64,000 nucleotides of DNA from the human T2T-CHM13v2.0 reference genome, Homo sapiens, in NCBI RefSeq assembly GCF_009914755.1, contig NC_060926.1; one strand, 5' to 3'. Below the pieces are notes generated by a model. It was not told the origin of the DNA. It made no database searches and saw only the letters and a list, made by a program, of their open reading frames with translations. This document shows, in pieces, positions 59,526-64,000 of this stretch. Position numbers and translations under genes: made by a program. Each line of letters starts with the position of its first letter. The stretch's first letter is position 1.

Positions 59526-60730
59526 ATCACTCTTTGTATATACCCTCTATGTCCATACCCTTCTCTTTCATCCAATAAGACTGGCAAATCCCAACCCTAC
59601 TTAAATCTAGCTCCCTGTCCTCCTCATCCCTGCCTGAAAAGTTGCATGTGCCTTAAGAAGAAACATACAATTAGGTTGACCAGATTCATCCTGAATTCAT
59701 TACTACAAATGCTCAGTGGGCCTCCCTATTGCCTAACAGTCCCTCTGTGTTTCCCTAGTCATTTCTCTTTCCCACTTCTTTCCCTTAAAACTCTAATGCT
59801 TTCTTCCTTCTATTGACGGCCTTGGTGCCTCAATAAGAAAAGTAGAATTAAAAGTTACTTAGGTTTTCATGACCAAATATACCATCCTATCTGCACCAGA
59901 CCCACATTTTTGACTTTCTTTTCGGTTATAAAGGATGATGCCTTCATCAGTAAAACATGATGTAGTATCCTTCATATTAAAAAAAACAAAAGATCTCCTT
60001 TCATCCAATCCTCTCCAACCATTTCTCTATTTCTCTCTTCCCCTTTACAGAAAAATCCCTTGAAAGTACCAACTATATTTGCTGTTTTCAGTCTTTTCTT
60101 GTACCCACCACAAATAAGCCATTATTGATTCACTCCAAAATAACTACACCTATGAAAGCCACCAATGACCTCCACCTTGCCTGATACATTGGTCAGTTCT
60201 AGGCTCTCATCATATTTGACCTACTAACATGATTTAACACCAATGATAACATCCTACTTCTTTCTGCACTCTTTCATCCTACTTTTTTCCTCTCTATTCC
60301 AGGATATGACTCTCTCCACACTTCTTCTCTTTACTCTGTCCTCACTCAGTCCCTAGGTAAATCATGTAGTCCCATGGGTTTAAATGCTATTCATGTGCTA
60401 CTGACTTCTCCTATCCTAGCCCTGACCTCTCAACTGAATATCAAGCACATTTCCCAAGTCCCTATTTGACATTTGGGTTTGGAAGTCCAACTGGGTTCTC
60501 AAACCTTAACATATGCAAAACTGGATGTTTTGATTCAACCTTACAGAATAAAATCTTCTTCTCACCCACCTACCTTCTTCAGTTTCTCAGACAAAAACCT
60601 TGGAGTCATATTAGATTCTCTTATCTAACACCCCACATCCAATCAATCATCCAATACTTCTGCCTGAGCTTTTGAAATATATCCAGAATCTAATCACTTC
60701 TCAACACTTCCACTACTAACTACCATTGAA

Positions 60731-60906
60731 TAGTTCTCAAAGTATAAACCTCAGACCAGCAGCATCAGCATCACATGCAAATTTGTTAGAAATGTACATT
60801 CTTTGGCCCCACCAGACTTACTGAATCAAAACTCAGGATGCAGATCAGCAATCTATGTTTAACAAGTCTTCCAGATGATTCTGAAACTAAAGTTTGAGAA
60901 CCACTG
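60731..60906. mobile_element. MER5A
   Basis: gttctcaaagt...ccagcagcatcagcatcac...agtttgagaaccactg. Confidence 0.88.
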
Positions 60907-61303
60907 CCATAGGCTACACCACCATCAACTTTAAGCCAGACTGCCCAATAGACTTCTAAGGCACCACCTTGCTTCCACCTTTGCCTCCTGTATACTATTC
61001 TTCAAACAACAGCTAGAATGCTTTTCAAAATGTAAATCAGTTTATGTGACTCCTCCCCTCATCTTTCAAAACGTCCCACTAACTCTTGAAGCAAAATACA
61101 AACTCCTTACCATGGTTCACAAAACTTTACATAATCTGACCCCCCATTGGCTCTCTGACCTTATCTCCTATCCTGGCCTCTCCATTTATCCTGCCCCACA
61201 GCTTTCCCATAAACAAGTCAATCACAGACCCATTTAGACTCTTTGTTCTGATTATTTCCTTTGCTTATCACACCCTTCCAATATATGAATATCCCAGTCT
61301 TTC

Positions 61304-62045
61304 TTTTTTTTTTTTTTCATCATTTAGAAACAACTTTTTTTTTTTTTTTTTTTTTTTTTTTATTGATCATTCTTGGGTGTTTCTCGCAGAGGGTGATTTG
61401 GCAGGGTCATAGGACAATAGTGGAGGGAAGGTCAGCAGATAAACAAGTGAACAAAGGTCTCTGGTTTTCCTAGGCAGAGGACCCTGCGGCCTTCCGCAGT
61501 GTTTGTGTCCCTGAGTACTTGAGATTAGGGAGTGGTGATGACCCTTAAGGAGCATGCTGCCTTCAAGCATCTGTTTAACAAAGCACATCTTGCACCGCCC
61601 TTAATCCATTTAACCCTGAGTGGACACAGCACATGTTTCAGAGAGCACCGGGTTGGGGGTAAGGTCATAGATCAACAGCATCCCAAGGCAGAAGAACTTT
61701 TCTTAGTACAGAACAAAATGAAGTCTCCTATGTCCACTTCTTTCTACACAGACACAGCAACAATCTGATTTCTCTATCTTTTCCCCACATTTCCCCCTTT
61801 TCTATTCGACAAAACCGCCATTGTCATCATGGCCCGTTCTCAATGAGCTGTTGGGTACACCTCCCAGACGGGGTGGCGGCCGGGCAGAGGGGCTCCTCAC
61901 TTCCCAGAAGGGGCGGCCGGGCAGAGGCGCCCCCCACCTCCCGGACGGGGCAGCGGCCGGGCGGAGGCGCCCCCCACCTCCCTCCCGGACGGGGCGGCTG
62001 GCCGGGCGGGGGCTGCCCCGCACCTCCCTCCCGGACGGTGTGGAG
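61304..62045 (-). mobile_element. 5'-truncated SVA (B/C-like): partial VNTR, SINE-R, poly(A), 17-nt transduction, second poly(A)
   Basis: SINE-R 61362-61860, GC-rich VNTR 61860-62038; 9-bp TSD CAGTCTTTC at 61295-61303 and 62046-62054. Confidence 0.96.
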
Positions 62046-62834
62046 CAGTCTTTCATCTGTTTTAGTTCTCTGCGCAAATACCACTTACAAGAGACTTTCC
62101 CTGTCCACCATGTCTAGAAAGCTATCTTCCAGCAGTTACTCTAATGCCCTTATTTTTCCTCATAGCATTTATCCCCATCTGACATATAATATGTTCATTT
62201 ACTTTTCCATTATTTGTATCATCCTACTAGAATGTAAAATTCAGGATGATAGGACATTGTTTTGTTTATTGCTATATTCTCAGTGCCTAGAACAGTATTT
62301 AGTATAACAAATGTTTTTGGATACATGCAAAAATATGGTTCACAAAATATTCAAAGTCCTAATAGATAGCAACTGATTAATTGACCTAAGTCATGTACCT
62401 GCTCCTAAGTATGCCAGTGGGGTGTTTAAAAGTATCTGATCCTTCCGGGTTTCTTGGGGGAAGGTACAACACTGTGTACCACCAAGTCTATATAAAATAG
62501 GAGAACCTCCCAAAGGGGCAGCAGCTCTTAATTACAAGAGGAGGAGTGCTTATGGATGTGGACAGCTAAAAGCAACAAATGGCTACTACAAAAAAAATGT
62601 GCTCCAATAAGAAATGGTAAACAAGGTAAAGTCAAAAAATAGACCAAAGATATTAGACTCTAGAGATATTATTCAAAGATGTGCTCCACGGAGCAAATGC
62701 ATGTATCAGTCACACCATTGTCAAGCAGCTTTTAAAAGCATCCCAAAAGTTAGTGAAAAATACTGTACATGGAAAAAGGGTAGAATATCAACATTATTAA
62801 GTAACCTATGAAAATATCCCACAATATAATCATA

Positions 62835-63326
62835 TATGGCAGACTAAATAATGGCCCTCAAATGTATTCAAGTCCTAATCCCTGGAATCTGTGAATGCAG
62901 CCTTATATTGCAAAAGGGCCTTTGCAGATGTGATTAATTAATGCTTTTGAGATGGGGAGATTATGCTGAATTATCTGGGTGGGCCCTGAATGTCATCACA
63001 TGTGCTCTTCAGAGAGGGTGGCAAAGGGAGATTTGATACAGAAGAAGGAAATGTGACTTTGAAGCAAAATGCTAGACTGCTGCCTTTGAAAATGGAGGAA
63101 GGGGCCACCAGCCAAGGAATGCAAGGCATGAGCTCTAGAAGCTGGAAAAAGCAAACAAATTGATTCTCCCAGAGAGCTCTGGAAAGAGGCAACTCCTTGG
63201 TGACACCTTAATTTGGGCCCAGTAAAACTGATTTTGGAATTCTGACCACTGTAAAAGAATCAATCTGTGCTAGCTTAAGCTACAAAGTTTGCAGTAATTT
63301 GTTACAGCAGCTGTAGGAAATTATGC
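62835..63326 (+). mobile_element. MLT1D-like LTR
   Basis: 'aataatggccctc...gtcctaatccctggaatctgtgaat...gtaatttgttacagcagc'. Confidence 0.85.
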
Positions 63327-64000
63327 CATACAAACAATGAGGGACACAATTACTGTCGCACAAGTGTTCCAGTAGACATTTGAATTTGGAGTTGAATAAA
63401 ATCGCTGATGCTCAGAGTGTGAATCTGTTATTGACATAGATGTTATTCTTATACAAGGGAGATACACCAAGTACCTTTTTGCTTTAATGCTGAAAAATCT
63501 ATGAGTTGCAACATAGATGGAGAAAAAATACATTGGGACCAGAACTGATCAACATCATCTATGGAATATACAGCAAAGAAGAACATTACTAAGAGAATTT
63601 AAAAGTTTCTCCTGAATGACATGGCCCTTTCAAAGACAAGTTTCAGTCAACTGCTCTTAATTCGGTATTAAAGTAAATAGGATAGATACAAACACAAATT
63701 AAAGCCACTGAGCATATCACATTTCAGTGGACTATACAAAGAAATGAGCATGAATACGCGCCTGTTGATCAACACTGGTTTATGCTGACTGTTAAGTGGA
63801 AAGGTACTCATATGCATTTTGAAAATTAAAGATAAAAATATTTCTTTATGACAAAACTAGATAAAAATAATTCTATTATTTTATATGACTTCATTAAGTA
63901 GTATATTTCAGTAATACATTCAAAATATTTCATAGCCAGAACCTAAGTATTCTAAAATAGTATGATTTTTTTTTGAAATATAGAGGATAAAACTAGGCTT

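Larger units (their letters stand above)
58560..62320 (+). mobile_element. Long decayed L2 hosting Tigger4, MER5A and SVA insertions
   Basis: L2 motifs throughout (gccaccaatgacctcc, aaaaccttggagtcat, atccagaatctaatcacttctc, ctagaatgtaa...cagtgcctagaacag). Confidence 0.75.

Noticed and set aside
61367-61588. Calling this locus LEPR
   Set aside because: The similarity is generic SVA SINE-R sequence and no LEPR exon is visible
61802-62307. GC-rich ORFs and an apparent CpG island
   Set aside because: Explained by the SVA VNTR; no evidence of a gene promoter
63321-63452. Possible minus-strand exon reading DSHSEHQRFYSTPNSNV...
   Set aside because: Poor polypyrimidine tract, and the reading frame ends at an LTR edge

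Overview
This is AT-rich great-ape (most likely human) genomic DNA, largely made of interspersed repeats: L1, Alu, L2/MIR, MaLR and ERVL LTRs, hAT and Tigger DNA transposons, and one SVA. There is no prokaryotic content, RNA gene or CRISPR array, and nearly all ORF-track entries are decayed L1 fragments or chance ORFs in repeats. The unique sequence holds several short minus-strand segments with good splice signals (57100, 45155-45123, 29595-29299, 27430-27371, 22543). Read in phase 1 they look like the 3' end of a large minus-strand gene with alternative C-terminal exons; I could not identify the gene. The best-supported oddities are retrotransposition scars with visible target-site duplications (TSDs) or a clear lack of them: a full THE1 provirus inside MER53, an L1 nested in a twin-primed L1, a TSD-less L1PA2 end suggesting an insertion-mediated deletion, and an SVA with a 17-nt 3' transduction. 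I see no evidence for a new biological system beyond these. Repeat subfamily names come from recalled consensus motifs and need RepeatMasker/Dfam confirmation.
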